A stretch of DNA of 63,437 nt from Schmidtea nova (Eukaryota). The translations under genes and the position numbers were made by a program. The notes beneath the pieces were generated by a model. That model did not search any database. It had not been told where the DNA came from and saw nothing but the letters and a program-made list of their open reading frames with translations. This document shows positions 18,794 to 32,336 of the stretch, in pieces. Within the stretch, counting starts at the first letter, position 1. Every line of letters begins with the position of its first letter. The stretch lies in contig CM097883.1 in the NCBI GenBank assembly GCA_044892505.1, forward strand, positions 380,060,564-380,124,000, given 5' to 3'.

Positions 18794-21192
18794 CGTGATC
18801 GGATTATTGCCCACACGAAAAATGCCCACACGAAAAATGCCCACACGAAAATTGCCCACAGAAAATTGCCCACAGATAGTATTGCGCACACGATTAATGC
18901 CCACACAGAATAATGCCCACAAGGAAAAATGCCCACATAGACAAATGTCCACATAGAAAAATGCCCACAAGGAAAAATGCCCACATAGAAAAATGCCCAC
19001 ACGAAAAATTATTTTAAATATAAAAATTAAATTAAAATAAATAGAGAAAAAATCAAAAATTATATTCTATCTTGGAGATAATCTATTTGTGAAAATTTGT
19101 GAATATATAAAAAAACAATTATAAGGTATGTAATATTTAAATTCTCTTTTGTTAATATAATATTAAATTGCGTAGTATAGTATTTAAATTTATAGTTTTG
19201 GGAAATACATAGATTGAAAATTTGTGAATATATAAAAAAACAATTATAAGGTATGTAATATTTAAATTCTCTTTTGTTAATATAATACTTTTGATACCAT
19301 AATTTTCTAACGATATTTTTTTAAATATTTTAATAGGTCTGAGAATGGAATATTCTAGTACGCAGAGAGGCAATCGAGTTTTAATTTACTCTGGGTTTGA
19401 GTATATCTATTTCCGTACAACAAATGGAGTTTTGACTTGGAGATGCAGGCAACATCGCATTATAAACTGTCATTCCATCATAAAAACTAAAGATGGCAAT
19501 ATTGTAAATCAACCAACGCAACATTGCCATGAATCATGACCACAAAAAATAGAATGCAATTTAGCAAAGAAAAAAATCCAGGATGAGATGACATCAATTG
19601 GTGCTACTCCTAGAAATGTAATGGGGAGTATTTTATTAGAAGTGAGCAGTGAAGCACTAGCGTTTATGCCGAAAAAAACTTCAATATCACGAAATCTACT
19701 GAATTTTAGAAGAGATAAACATTTACCAGTACCTAAAGATACAAATTTTGAAATTCCAGATAAATACACCGAGCTAGTGCTTCATGATTCAGGTGCAAGT
19801 GATCCAGACAGAATTCTGGTTTTAGGAGATATTTATCTCTTAAAAGAATTAAATAAAGATATAATATTCGGAGATGGAACTTTTGATAAAGTTCCAAGCA
19901 TGTTTTATCAACTTTATACTTGGCATGCTCAGTTGGTAATTCTTATCCACCTTGTAAATATTTTTTGTTAAAAAAACGGAGATACATACAAAAAAATGTT
20001 TGATATATTAAAGAACTTGCTATCAAATTTGGCACCTGAAAGAATATTACTAGATTTTGAGAAAGCAGCGATGAATGCAGCCAGAATTGCATTTCCACAG
20101 ACTGATATGAGAGGCTGTTATTTTCATTTGGCCCAAAGTATAACAAGAAAAATTAGTTCTGTTGGTCTAAAAACTACTTTTGAAAACAACCTGGATATGA
20201 AACTAAAGCTGAAATCATTAGCAGCATTGTCATTTGTGCCTCCATCTGATGTTAGATCAGTATTTACTAAGCTTGCAGCAACTTATTCGGAAGAAGAGAA
20301 TTATAGTGAAATACTGACATATTTTTTTGGCACATATATTGAGGGTGCAGCTGGTAGAAATCCGCTGTTCTCTATTGAATTGTGGATTCATTATGATTCA
20401 GCTTTGGAGAAATCACCGAAAACAACGAATTGCTGTGAGGGATTTCATAATGCATTGAATTCTTTATTCCACTGTAGTCATCCCAGCATTTGGTTTCTAT
20501 TTGATGGATTGCAACGAGATATAGCTTGCCATAGATTGACACTAGCTAACGCAGAAACGGGTCGTCCTGAAATTAAAAATAGGAAATACCAAAAATTAGC
20601 TGATTCGGTATCTACTATTGTGCAACAATATAGTACAACAGAAGATAAAATTGTATACTTAAGAAAGTTGGCTAATTTACAATAAATTTAAAATGTATAT
20701 TTGTATTAAGTAGAAGTAGAATATAATGAATTAAAATTTTTATTTTTTAAAAACAATTTTTTTAATCTCCTTTTCACTATTTTTTTAAACACTGATGTAT
20801 TGTATCGTATAGTAGCAAAGCGATCTTAAGTATTTTAAATATAAAAATGATTTTAAATTGTAAAATTTGTAAATTTATTGTTGATACATTTTAATATTTT
20901 ATTTTAAATCACTTATAGATTATCTCCTAGATAGAATATAATTTTTGATTTTTTCTCTATTTATTTTAATTTAATTTTTATATTTAAAATAATTTTTCGT
21001 GTGGGCATTTTTCTCTGTGGGCATTTTTCCTTGTGGGCATTTTTCTATGTGGGCATTTGTCTATGTGGGCATTTTTCCTTGTGGGCATTATTCTGTGTGG
21101 GCATTAATCGTGTGCGCAATACTATCTGTGGGCAATTTTCTGTGGGCAATTTTCGTGTAGGCATTTTTCGTGTGGGCAATAATCATCGAATC
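18794..21192 (+). mobile_element. Mutator-like (MULE) DNA transposon
   Basis: TIRs of about 300 bp made of GCCCAC repeats. 9-bp TSD CTAAATTCT (18785-18793, 21193-21201). Confidence 0.9.
19345..20685 (+). pseudogene. FLYWCH + MULE transposase, with an in-frame TGA at 19537 and a frameshift at about 19930
   Basis: FLYWCH-like LIYSGFEY..WRC..C..HCH; DGTF; LLDFEKA; GCYFHLAQ; TTNCCEGFHN. Confidence 0.9.
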
Positions 21193-21349
21193 CTAAATTC
21201 TACTTGTAACTCATCCGGAACTGTTTCCACTTCTATGTTAAATAGCGAGAAAATAATATTAAAACTAAGAACGGTTTTTTTCCGATTTAAATATTTTAAT
21301 CCGTGAATATAATTCGGTAATTCATTTTTGTATTTGCTGGGTATACTTT

Positions 21350-21720
21350 TGGGTGCAGCAACCTTGCCGCGCGGGACTATTGCGCGCCGACTTCTGCACG
21401 CAGATTATTGTTTTAATATTCAATAAAAAATATCTATAACTGAAAATTCAGAACATTTATTAAAAAATTAAAAAAAGTTCCATACAATTAATTTAGGAAT
21501 TTAAGCGAATATACTTTATATAAAATTAAAAAAATTGTATTCATGAAAATTTCGTAAAAGCACCAATTAATCATAAATAAGATGTAGCTTTTGCAGAAAA
21601 GTTATCTTAGTTTTGTAAATTTCTTTAAATGAGCAGTCAATAATATAAAATAAACGTCCCGCGCGCTATGATCGGGGTTGTATTACGCGCTAATATCCCG
21701 CGCGGCATAGTCCGGGTGCC
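21350..21720. mobile_element. Possible MITE
   Basis: Imperfect inverted ends TGCCGCGCGGGA..GCGCG / CGCGC..TCCCGCGCGGCA around an AT-rich core. No clear TSD. Confidence 0.4.
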
Positions 21721-22123
21721 ATATTTTTGTGCTTTTGAAGGAGTTTATTTTCTCAAGTATGGAAAATGACAACAGATATTTGTTCCAAATTTTGAATTTG
21801 CTTTCAAAAGCTTTAATTTTATCAAACATATATAAACTGTTTATTTTCTTGAAGTTCCATAAATAATGCAATCAGATGCTGAGTTGTATCCGTGAGAAAG
21901 GCAGAACCTCACATCCATTTTTTATCATTTAAAGGATATTTTTTCATTTCTAGACAATTAAATGATATTTGTTAAGTTATACATTCTTTTTGGCATAGCA
22001 CATCTACTCTTCTGAGTTATAAACTACATCACGATAATCACTTTCCAAATCTTTTAGAAATTGTCTAAATTGGTGATAGTTACATGATTGAGATTTGTGA
22101 AAATTAATAAGTTTTATTTACAG

Positions 22124-22550
22124 GCATAGCGACATTTGGAATATTTAAAAAGTGAATGACCAGGATATTATTTCGTTCGTCTTTCTATATTGTCCAGGCA
22201 CATTGTACGATGTAAGACAAAGAGAAACAATTTTTGAGTCTTGTTGGGTTATTAATGAGTAGTCGAAGGTATCTGACTCCTGTGTTATCTTCTTATCACA
22301 ACAATAAATGAGACCCAACACAATAATTTTTATTTCTCCAATTCAATCACAAGACTGTCAATCACAAAAGTTACAACTGGTATCTGCACTCATCTACGAT
22401 AGGGTAGAACACCCAATGGGATAATTCCCTTTCTGGCAAATTCTACCTTTAGTTTTCTCGGGGTTCCTCCTCTCGCTTTCAATAGTTGTCGTTATTTGCA
22501 ATTTCAAAATTTGTCTTCGACCCCTGGCCATATCGGCAAATTGCCCTCAG
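22124..22550 (+). CDS. Possible further semaphorin exons
   Basis: A phase-compatible acceptor (TTACAG at 22123), short GT-AG segments and Cys-containing frames. Boundaries are not resolved. Confidence 0.3.
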
Positions 22551-25500
22551 TTTATATTCTGTCTTTTTCAGTTCATCTTGTCACCTTAATTGGATCTATC
22601 AAAATAAAGCAAATCAAATTGCCTCTGCCGCTGCTTAATTGAATTTCGCTGACAATGGGTTTGCGACTTTCCCGGTGCATCCTTCTCTCATATAATTTAT
22701 TTGGATAATTAAATGATTTTTTTGATGCCCCGGGTTTCCCACATCGCTCGGGTTTGCCATTAGGCAATTAATTATTTTTAATTAATTTGTATTTTCTTAA
22801 TAATTTTTTTCTGGGGGTCCCTTTATATTTTATATACCCATATTTGAATTCATCTCATCATTTGGCATCCTCTCATACCAGTTTTCCTCTCTTAATCTTT
22901 ATTTTTGAATTTCATAAATTTTTAATTAATGTTTGCACTTTAATTATTATTTTTTCAAATTTGTATTTTTTATAGCTTTGCACATAGCTTTTGTGCTTTT
23001 TACTTTTATTTTCTGTTTATTTTGATAACCCCAACAGTCTTTATCTTTTGGACCGCCATTTAGGTCTGACGAAAACTTTGATAAAAATCAAAAAGATTTG
23101 AAATTTAAATAAGGACTGATCTAAATTTTCAAAATATTAAGAAAGTTAATTTTTACGATGCTGGGAAGCTATAAATGTTTGATGTTAAATCCTCACTTTG
23201 ATCACTAAGGAGTGATCTGATGTAAGTATTATTAATTACAAAAAATCTTACAATTATTTTATCAACAAATTGGTATATAGGTGTCTTGGTAAATGTTTAT
23301 GGGTCAACAGCTAGATGGGTCTTTGTCGAAACCAACTTTGATAAAACTTTTCTGTACTTTCAAAATGATTTTTAAAACCTTCAAGTGGTCAAATTTTAAA
23401 ATTTTATAATGTTATTTTATTTTAATTTAATGCTTTAAAGGATAGAATGTTGAAAAATTGAAAAATATCAAAATTAGAGAAAAGTTTGCGTAGTAGGCAG
23501 ATGCGAGGCTGCTTGAACAAGCGCATTTAATTATTTAATAAATAAATTTAAATTGGGGGTTCATGCAAAATTATTTTCTCTAAAACCTGATCGAATGAAA
23601 CTTTTGATTTACGCGTCTGACATACGTAAAAACGTGGCCTAAGGTAACATTCTCTACCGGCTAGTTATTCTAATATTTAATTTCAGTGTGGTGATTAAGC
23701 GTCAAAATGGAAAACAAGTTATTAACCGAGTGTTTTCCCTCAGAATTATAATCTGATCAACAAACCATCAACAGCAAAGTTGTAGAGAATCGATTTATCT
23801 ACAAACACCATTTCAAGAAATCTTTAAAAATTATTTTTAAAATAGGTTTCTTTGTTTAAATTGACTCATGGTCTTTGTTTTCAAATATGATGAACACAAC
23901 ATGACTCATAATGTTTTTATTCAACTCAGAGTCTTTGTTCTCCAGAATTATGACTCATTGTCTTTATTCCAACAAGGCACGAACCGTCCAATGAGTCAAC
24001 TAGTGACTCGGTGTGTTTGTTTTCCAAAAGTATGATTCACCTGATGAGTCATAATATGACCCATAATGTCTTTGTTTAGTTGTTCTGGGGTGTCTTTGTT
24101 CTCGCGGACTCACATAAAAGGAAAACAGCCTTGGCTTTTACAAGAGTGAAAAAATAATCTAATTTTCATTTTTCATTATAACTTCTATGTTTTTTACTAA
24201 CCATTCCTTTGTTTCGAAAACATTTCTGTAACTCTAAAAACAGGGCAAATGTTTATAAAAATATCATAAAACAATTAACTACTGCTTCTTTTTTATTACA
24301 ATAACACACTAACAAGTCACAAAAAGATTGAACTCAAAATAGACGCGTAAAAGTTCAATGATCTTTGACAAAACCTTTAATTAAACTTGAAGAATTATTG
24401 CAAAAAAAATAAACTGAAAGACTTTCACTACAGTCAGTATACAGTTATGGAGCGCATGCACCCTTGTGCGCAACTCACTGGATCTTCAGGTAAAATAAGC
24501 AAATAACTTTGTCGAGTTTGAGTCAACAGTATCAACAGTATTATTACAGTTCATTTATTGCTCTTTTGGCAACCTGACAGTGACCAGCATTTTACAATCA
24601 GTTCCCTTGACAGCAAATATTTAAGAAATGGGAACTGATTTAAAATGCATCTATATTTTTTTTGTAATTTTATGTATTTTTTTCTTATTTTACACAGAGA
24701 AATATATTTAAAGTCAAAAAGTAAAACTTTAATGGTCCAATAGAAAAAGTGGGCTGGGCCACGCGTTGTTTCCTCCCTGATCTAAATTATAAGTAGATTA
24801 TAAAATGGTGATTCCTTGGTAGCAGCATTAAGTATTAAATAAATTAATCAATAAGCAACAAAATAAGTCTTTGCTGAAAAACAATTTTATTAAGTGAGAT
24901 AATTGTTTTTGCAGCAAAGGCTTATTTTGTTACTTATTTATTAATTTATTTATAAGAAGATTGTTTTGCAAACTTTACTTTGAAAAGTCTTTAAATATTT
25001 GATGCTAATTTTCTAGGAATGACATTCAGAATGTAAGTATGGACATTAAAGATAGAAAAAGATTCTCTCCTCTCATGATTGTCAATATTCTATCAAGTAT
25101 GATTTTTTTCTTTGAAATTTTTCATATTTTAATAATTAGTCGAATAAAATGAAACATTTTGATAATAAATGACAACGAATCAATAAATTCTAAACGATGT
25201 ACGCAAATTCTTGCACGAAAATAATTAATAAATCACTCGAATTATAACTGATTGCAACTACAGTGAATTTGAAATAATGCGCGCTTTAGCACCTAGTGAG
25301 CCATCGTTACATCGCAGTCATGGGCGGCCGCAAATGGTGGCGAGGAGGGACATGAGCGTCAAGCGTTCGGCCCCCACGCCTCATTAATCAGGGCGATCAT
25401 TCTTTCCCTGCCGTCTGAAGCAAGTGCCGAGTCCCGTAAACTCCGCGCGTCGTATTGTATTTATCTATGCAAATACTCCTGTAACCTTTATATAAATAAA

Positions 25501-26422
25501 CTTGTGAACCGAGCCGTGAGTATTACTAAACCTTACCATACATTAAATATATTACATGCTCTCCTTAATGTCAACTGCAAAAGCGAAAATTGACTGACGG
25601 GCGTGGGACCTTCTGATATCAAAATCCTAGTCAATTCCATCTTCCCGGCACGTCGCCGCCAAAAGAGTATTAGAAAAATATAAATAATCTTTTTTAATTT
25701 CGCTATAAATGTTGTTGTATGAGCTACATGTTTTATTATACAGTCCTATGATTGAATAATTAATGAGGTTGTTTGCACATACAATGGTTAAAGTTATTTT
25801 GTAAACCTTTAATAATCTAAATATTGTGATTATTTTCCTTTAGTTATAATTACTAAGCTTGTTATATTGCAACTTAATATAATTTATTTTGTTAATTTTG
25901 TTATATTATTATAAAGATTTTCGTTTCTTAACTTGTATTTATTTTAATTTCTACCAAGCCTTTGGAGACTGGTTAGGTTTTAGTTTTAGTTTAAGTTTTG
26001 TTCTTTCTTTTTTATTCTTTTTCTTTGTATTCCTTGTTACTTTTAGGCGTCATGGATATCCGGAAATTTTTAAAACATTACTAAAAATATTTTGCCCCCC
26101 CCTAGAAAATATTCTACGAGAGCCCATGATCGCAGTTAACTATAATAACATTTTTTGTATATTTGCAATTAAATGTTACTAAATGTGAAGAAAATTTAAA
26201 AGATATTGAAAAAAGTCGATGAAGCTGACCAGGAATAACCAAAAACTTAAAATATATAGGGAAACACTTATTAAATTTCCATACTAGTCGACGCTAGCTG
26301 TTGCTATAGTGAAAATGATAAATAAACAAACACGCTTGAAATTAGAATTTAATAAAGTAAAATAAACTTTAAATAATAAAAGAAAAGTTGCTTAGATTTT
26401 TATTGGTACGAGGGGTTATGAG

Positions 26423-29210
26423 TAGAGTTGGGAATACCGGACCAAAAATCCAATACCGGTATTTCGGTATTGGATTTTTGTAATCCCGGGATCCCGGTAT
26501 TAATACCGGTATTATTATTTTTCCTATAATAATACGAATGAATAAATAAATTTAATTAAAAAATTGTTTGGCAATTAAAAAAAACTAAATTTATTTATTT
26601 AAAGAATAAAAATTAGATAAATGTAAAAACAAAATTCAGTAAAATGTTAGTTATATATATTATTTATAAGAAAAGGATGAAGACATAAAATTTTAAGATT
26701 CTACTTTTTCTGTAGTTGGTTGTTGATATAAGACCTGAGAAAACATAGATTGTTGAGCGAATTATCTCCCAACCTTGACCGAATTCTGGTGCAGATTAAG
26801 CCAGCTGCCGAAAAAGCTCTCTCCGATTCTACACTGGTCGGTTGAATACTTAGCAAATAATTATATAATAAAGTTAAGTATTTGCCTCTTATGCCATTTG
26901 TCTCAAAAAATGACATTTCTTTTTTTATTGAGCTTGTGAGATCATTTTTGTTTTGGTCGATTCCACTTTCAGGTAATCTGGTGCAAATTTTTTTTGATAT
27001 TGCCCTCTCCAACTTTTCTTGTAAAGTCAGAGATATTTCATTTCTTTGATCATCTTCATCATCATCGACATTGAATAATATATTTGTATCTGAATTTGAA
27101 ACGTTGGATGAAGTAGATGTTGTAGCTACAGGTGCAGCTTCATAATGCAAGTTGGGCATACCCAAACGTTGTATCTGTAAAACAATAACTTTTGCGATTG
27201 CAGCTTTGGTAATGATCGGAAATAATTCATAATCTTTATTGGTTTCATCATCGCTTGGATTTTCATTGCAGTTTGCATCATGTAAATATTGCAAAACACT
27301 TGAAATTTCTGTTCGTCTTTGAAGAATACGTACTTTTAAAGCTGCTTTCAATTCATAACCTAATGAACATGGATGGTCAGTTATTGATTTCATCATAAAT
27401 TGAATAGCAGCATCTGCAGATAACAAAGTTGCATCCTGTCGGCAGATTGCTTCAACTGTAAGCTTAATGGGAAGTAAAACTGAAAGGATATGTGACAACA
27501 TTTCAAACTCGCCATCTGAAAACAAAATAGGTGATTTTAAATCTATTAGACTCTTTTTGATGCAATTTTTTAATTTGATGAAACGTTCTATCATAGACAC
27601 CAAACTATTCCATCGTGTTCTTGAGTCTAAAACCAGAGACAATTCTTTCCCGAACTCTTCTTTTATATATTTTTGTAGGATTTTGTCATTTTTTGTAGGC
27701 GAAGTTCGAAATATTTTTACCACTTTACGAAATTTTTTAATTAATGGTAACATTTGCTGATGTACCAGAAAGAAGAATTATCATCATCATTTTCAGTGGA
27801 TATTATAAGTAAACCATTTTCATTTCCGTAATCTTCATCAATTATTTCGTCGTCATCTGTGGAATTCTGCTCTCTTTCAAATCTGGGTGTGGGAACAGAT
27901 GTAACGTTGGCATCTTCTTCATTATGCAGACTAGCCTCATTAATAGGTTTTTTGTAGAGTACGCTGATAACAGCCAACTGAATTCCATGCGCTAAACATA
28001 GCTGCTGATGTGCTTCAATTAACCTGCCAACCTTTGTCATAACTGCAGCGCCATCAGTGGTAATACCTACAATATTGTTCATCGAAAGGTCGAAATCACC
28101 TAACCTATCATTCACAAGCTTAACACATTTTTCTGCTGGAATTGTTCCAAAAGCACGAATCAATCCTAGATTCCAAAATTCTTTGTCAGAGTGGACATTA
28201 ATATTTATGTAACGTCTATTTCTTACCGATGTCCATTCGTCGAAAGTAAGAGAAAATCTGTTTCCATTAGCAATTCTGCACGATAATTCTTTAATTACTT
28301 GATCTCGTATATTTCGACTGTAATTCAAAACCATTTTTTGAATTGTTTTGTGATCTTTTGGTATGTTAGAAAAGCCTCTGGCTGTTAAGCCTTTTCTGAT
28401 ATCATATGAAGTGCAGATAATGTTGAACGATAAACCATCACACGCAGTCATCCTAGCTAAAATAGCTGGCAATGAGTCATCCATTTTATCACTTTTAAAA
28501 AAGTTGTTTATAGATACAGAAGGTTTTGATTTCTGTACAAATTCTGAAGAATCTAAAACAGTGGTGCTACCTACATCTCTTTTCAATAAATTGATTTCAT
28601 GAATTGTTTTTAAATGGGTATGAAGACCGCTTGTAGAACCTCCATGTGTTTTTATTATTCTCTTACACAATTTGCATTTAGCACACTGTCCTGCTTTTTC
28701 TCTTAGAAAATGAAACCATGGTGAATTTTTATCATTTGCTTTGGAATGCTCCTCAAAATCTTGAATATTCATATCGGTGTAAAGTACAAATTTTCTAAAA
28801 GTTCGAAACACGATAATAAAATGTATAATTCATATTCTGATTAAAAAGAAAATATTTTACTTACCGTTTCGAATTTTATATAATAATATTTTAATTTAAC
28901 TATTATAGTAGTATGTAAAAATAATCTATAATATAAATTTTGTTTCGATTTATAAGAACAACTAAACTTTTAAATTTTTCATATAATACTAGATTGCTGT
29001 TTTTTCGCATTAAGAAATAATAATGCAAATATTTTTTTGTAGTAAAAAACCATAAAAAACATTATATTGGTGAAATTATTTCGAATGGTGAACTTATTTC
29101 GAATACCGAAATACCGGTATTCGACTTTTTCAATACCGGTATTTCAGCAACTATATATTGTTCCAAATACCGGGATCCCGGTATCCGGGATCCCGGTATT
29201 CCCAACACTA
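26423..29210 (-). mobile_element. hAT DNA transposon 1
   Basis: TIR TAGAGTTGGGAATACCGG / CCGGTATTCCCAACACTA. 8-bp TSD GTTATGAG (26415-26422, 29211-29218). Confidence 0.95.
26701..28811 (-). pseudogene. hAT transposase (BED finger, DDE, dimerisation domain), one frameshift at about 27775
   Basis: WFHF..C..C..STSGLHTHLKTIH; FDEWTS; TTDGA; CLAH; TRWNS; SVESERAFS. Confidence 0.92.
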
Positions 29211-30589
29211 GTTATGAGGCGCAATAGAGATAACGAGAATTTTACATTTAAATGCAAGCAGTTGAATGGTCTATTCGAAATCTATATAAATCTTATGTTC
29301 ATTTTCTCGATTTATCAACTATGAATGATTCTAATTTATCAAATAACACAAATTCTACTTCTATAAGTCAACAAACTTAAAATAGTGAAATTGAAGATTA
29401 AGATGGGGAAAAAATCAAAGATTTTGAAAGACCGAATTATTAAAAGAAATTAAGGAATGTATTGTGTCTACCAAATTATACATACGGAAGTTATTCAAGA
29501 TCTTACAAGACATGAAATCCAGGGTAATGTCTTTGCTGGAGTAATCTAAAGAAACCAATATGAACTGAAAAGTATGTGTGGTGGGAGTTTTATTTTGTTC
29601 GGCGGGAATGCCGGAATTTGTGGGATGAATTCATTATACAAAGAACAACTTTTGACATGAAAAGCGATTTCTATTACAGAGTAAATCAATCATTTATCAA
29701 ACCATGCCAAAATCTCGTGCCCAGAAAATTCGGAAAATAGATAATTTCGTACTTCGAAAAAGAAAAATTTATCAAATATTCCTCTAGCTTCTTTTGATAG
29801 TTTTTCTGATAATGAAAGTCACATTGTTCATAATCTATCGGGTTTGTCAATCCAATAAACTCGTCGATTGTCACAGGGAATTGTTCTCTTCAAAGAACTA
29901 GCATCAGTTATGAGTAGACAAATTCCAATAAAATGGCAAAGTTTTCTCAGTGTTTTCCAATCAAAATAATTCAGTAATTCTCGTGATCTTTCTCTTTCAA
30001 TGGATATTTTAAATATCACTTTTCAACTGAAAACTATGTGCTTATTTATTCGCAATACGCATTTAATAGCCAATGAAGATGAGAAATTCAGTAATATTGC
30101 TCACAATATATCTGTAAATGTCTTCTCGTTTTTCCTAATTCTCTCAAATGTTATCATGATTTATCGACAATTTCAAACGATCAATTTTTGAGTTGTTTTC
30201 AAAAATTTCTTAAAAGCATGATTTGGGTGTTGTTACCTTATCAAAATAAAGTTGCAAATAAAAGAATTTACACTATTAAAAGAAAAAATTAAATTAACTA
30301 AAATTTTATTATTGTTAGAAATATCATTTATTTTGATTCTTTTATTTAGGATTGTTTTAATAATCCAGATTTGTTAATTGTTGTTTTTGTCGTTTTAAAA
30401 ATATAAAGATTTAAATGTGTTTATCCAGATTTGGTTTTTCAATTCGATTTATTAACTCTATTCATACTGACTCGATTTCTCTCAACAAAATTGCTAATAT
30501 CGAATCTAATAAAAGAGTGTATTAAGTAAAAAGCTTCGTGCTACCAATAATCTGGCAGCCACAAAAGTATGAAAGGAGTGTTGAAATTT

Positions 30590-31030
30590 AAAAAAAACAA
30601 ATTGAATTCAGCCCTGGTTTTGGTATATCCAGATTTCTAAAAGAATATTTTATTAGATATAGATACATGCTTAGGAAAAATGTAAAGTTTAGATATTGAT
30701 TTACATTACAGGAAAGGAGAAATCCATAAGAATGCCAACGCGATGTCAATATGCGAATATTGACATGTGTTCGCTGTCAAATGATACACTCTGGTCTAAA
30801 AATATGGAAACTAAAAATAAAAGTATTATCAATGATGGAGAAAATATATGGTAACAGGGGTCAAGGGGAAAAAAGACATAATAAGTAAAAAAACAATAAA
30901 ATGGTACCAGTAGAAATTTTCATTGATAATGGAATAGTAAAATCTGAAAATGGTAAGATATGGATGCCAGAAATTTAACGAGAAGAATTTATCGAAAATT
31001 ATGATGTCCCAAGTAATACTGAAAAGTAGG
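30590..31030 (+). pseudogene. Degenerate Ty3/gypsy pol (RNase H) relic
   Basis: Fragments LNSALVLVYPDF..LD.D and LHYRKGEIHKNANAMS resemble PILEFPR..ILDTD and LRYRKGEEHGNADGMS of the element at 51-53 kb. Confidence 0.55.
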
Positions 31031-31730
31031 AAATTAAATAGAAGTTAATTTCAATATGCTAAATACAACTTTTCAGAAATCTATTAATAAAATATCAGCT
31101 GAATTCTCGACTTGATAAAACAAACATCATCACTTATAATAACTACCAGTGTTGTGGGTATTGGATGGGTTAAAACAAAAATAAAAAAATTAAAATACGC
31201 TCTAGGGATTCCTCCATCCAAGACCTAACATAAAATGCTTACATATCACACGAGCACCCTCGATCATTTCCCTGTAATAATCGAGTTGGAAATGTGCAAG
31301 GTGTTTGAACAATGATGGGCAGGTGAGCTCTATTGCTAAAACTACTCCCCATTTATGTTCACGGGTTCGTCTCGCTGCCGATAGAAGGACTTACGCTTTA
31401 CTTTTAATTAACCGCATTCATCATCTTTCATTTTAATTGTTCTTTCTGCCCCTGTCTTTACAATAGTTCATCTTTTAAATTTTCCTTCAACCCCTTCTTC
31501 ACAATATCACCAGACAAGTTCAATCGATTACGATATATTATCTCTTTAATGCTCCTAGTGATTATTATATTTATGTCAATCCTATTGCCAATTCTAATTT
31601 ATATTTAATTCATTTTAAATTTTTAATAAAATACTTTAGTTCATATACTTTATAATAAAATAAATACAAAACAAAAAATATAATTAAGGTAACACTTTAT
31701 ACATAAGTTAATATCAAGAATTCTAAGTTA

Positions 31731-32336
31731 TTATTCAAAATATTTAAGGATGTCTTCGTCAGATACGGCAAAATCCATTGTTAAATCGATCTCGGGCACT
31801 TCTTTTGACTGTTGTGCCAATTGCTGAAGCACTTGCTTTTTCCAGCGACGCTGACGCGCGCCCATCTTACTCTTCTTCTTCTTTTTGACTTCTGGATTTG
31901 CAGCGCTTTTTGGTGTGTTTGATGCTGTTATTGCTCGAACCTGAGATGGTTCCTCTGTATTTGTTCCTTTCGAACATCCTGATTTCTCTTCAGCCCAATG
32001 CTGATAGGTAATTGGTCGGATGAGTTGTTTCAACTCTTGATTGAGATAAGAAGCCGTTACCGATTTCAGGCATTTCTTCAACTCCATCTTGGTTGCATCG
32101 AGTTCCATCTTTATTTCGTCGTTTGCTCGCTGGGAGCGTTGATTTTTGATAATTTGCGCCTTCATTTGCTCTGGACTAAACCAGCTCTTCTTTAGATTTG
32201 AAATCATAACATCGGCCTCTTTTATCTTTTCGGATTTTCGCAACATCTCTTTCTCCAGGCTGCGGATAATACGCCATGCCTTGTCCAATTCTGTTTGAGG
32301 AGTTATTGAGTTGAATGACATTTTTCTAGAATTCAA
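31731..32336 (-). CDS. Orphan family C coiled-coil protein with a basic tail (201 aa)
   Basis: Long open frame in more GC-rich DNA; homologous by eye to 55975-56340. Confidence 0.7.
   Translation of the reverse strand: MNSRKMSFNSITPQTELDKAWRIIRSLEKEMLRKSEKIKEADVMISNLKKSWFSPEQMKAQIIKNQRSQRANDEIKMELDATKMELKKCLKSVTASYLNQELKQLIRPITYQHWAEEKSGCSKGTNTEEPSQVRAITASNTPKSAANPEVKKKKKSKMGARQRRWKKQVLQQLAQQSKEVPEIDLTMDFAVSDEDILKYFE

Noticed and set aside
18769-19002. Repetitive GIF/GHF ORFs (also 21001-21306)
   Set aside because: They derive from the GCCCAC repeats of the MULE TIRs.
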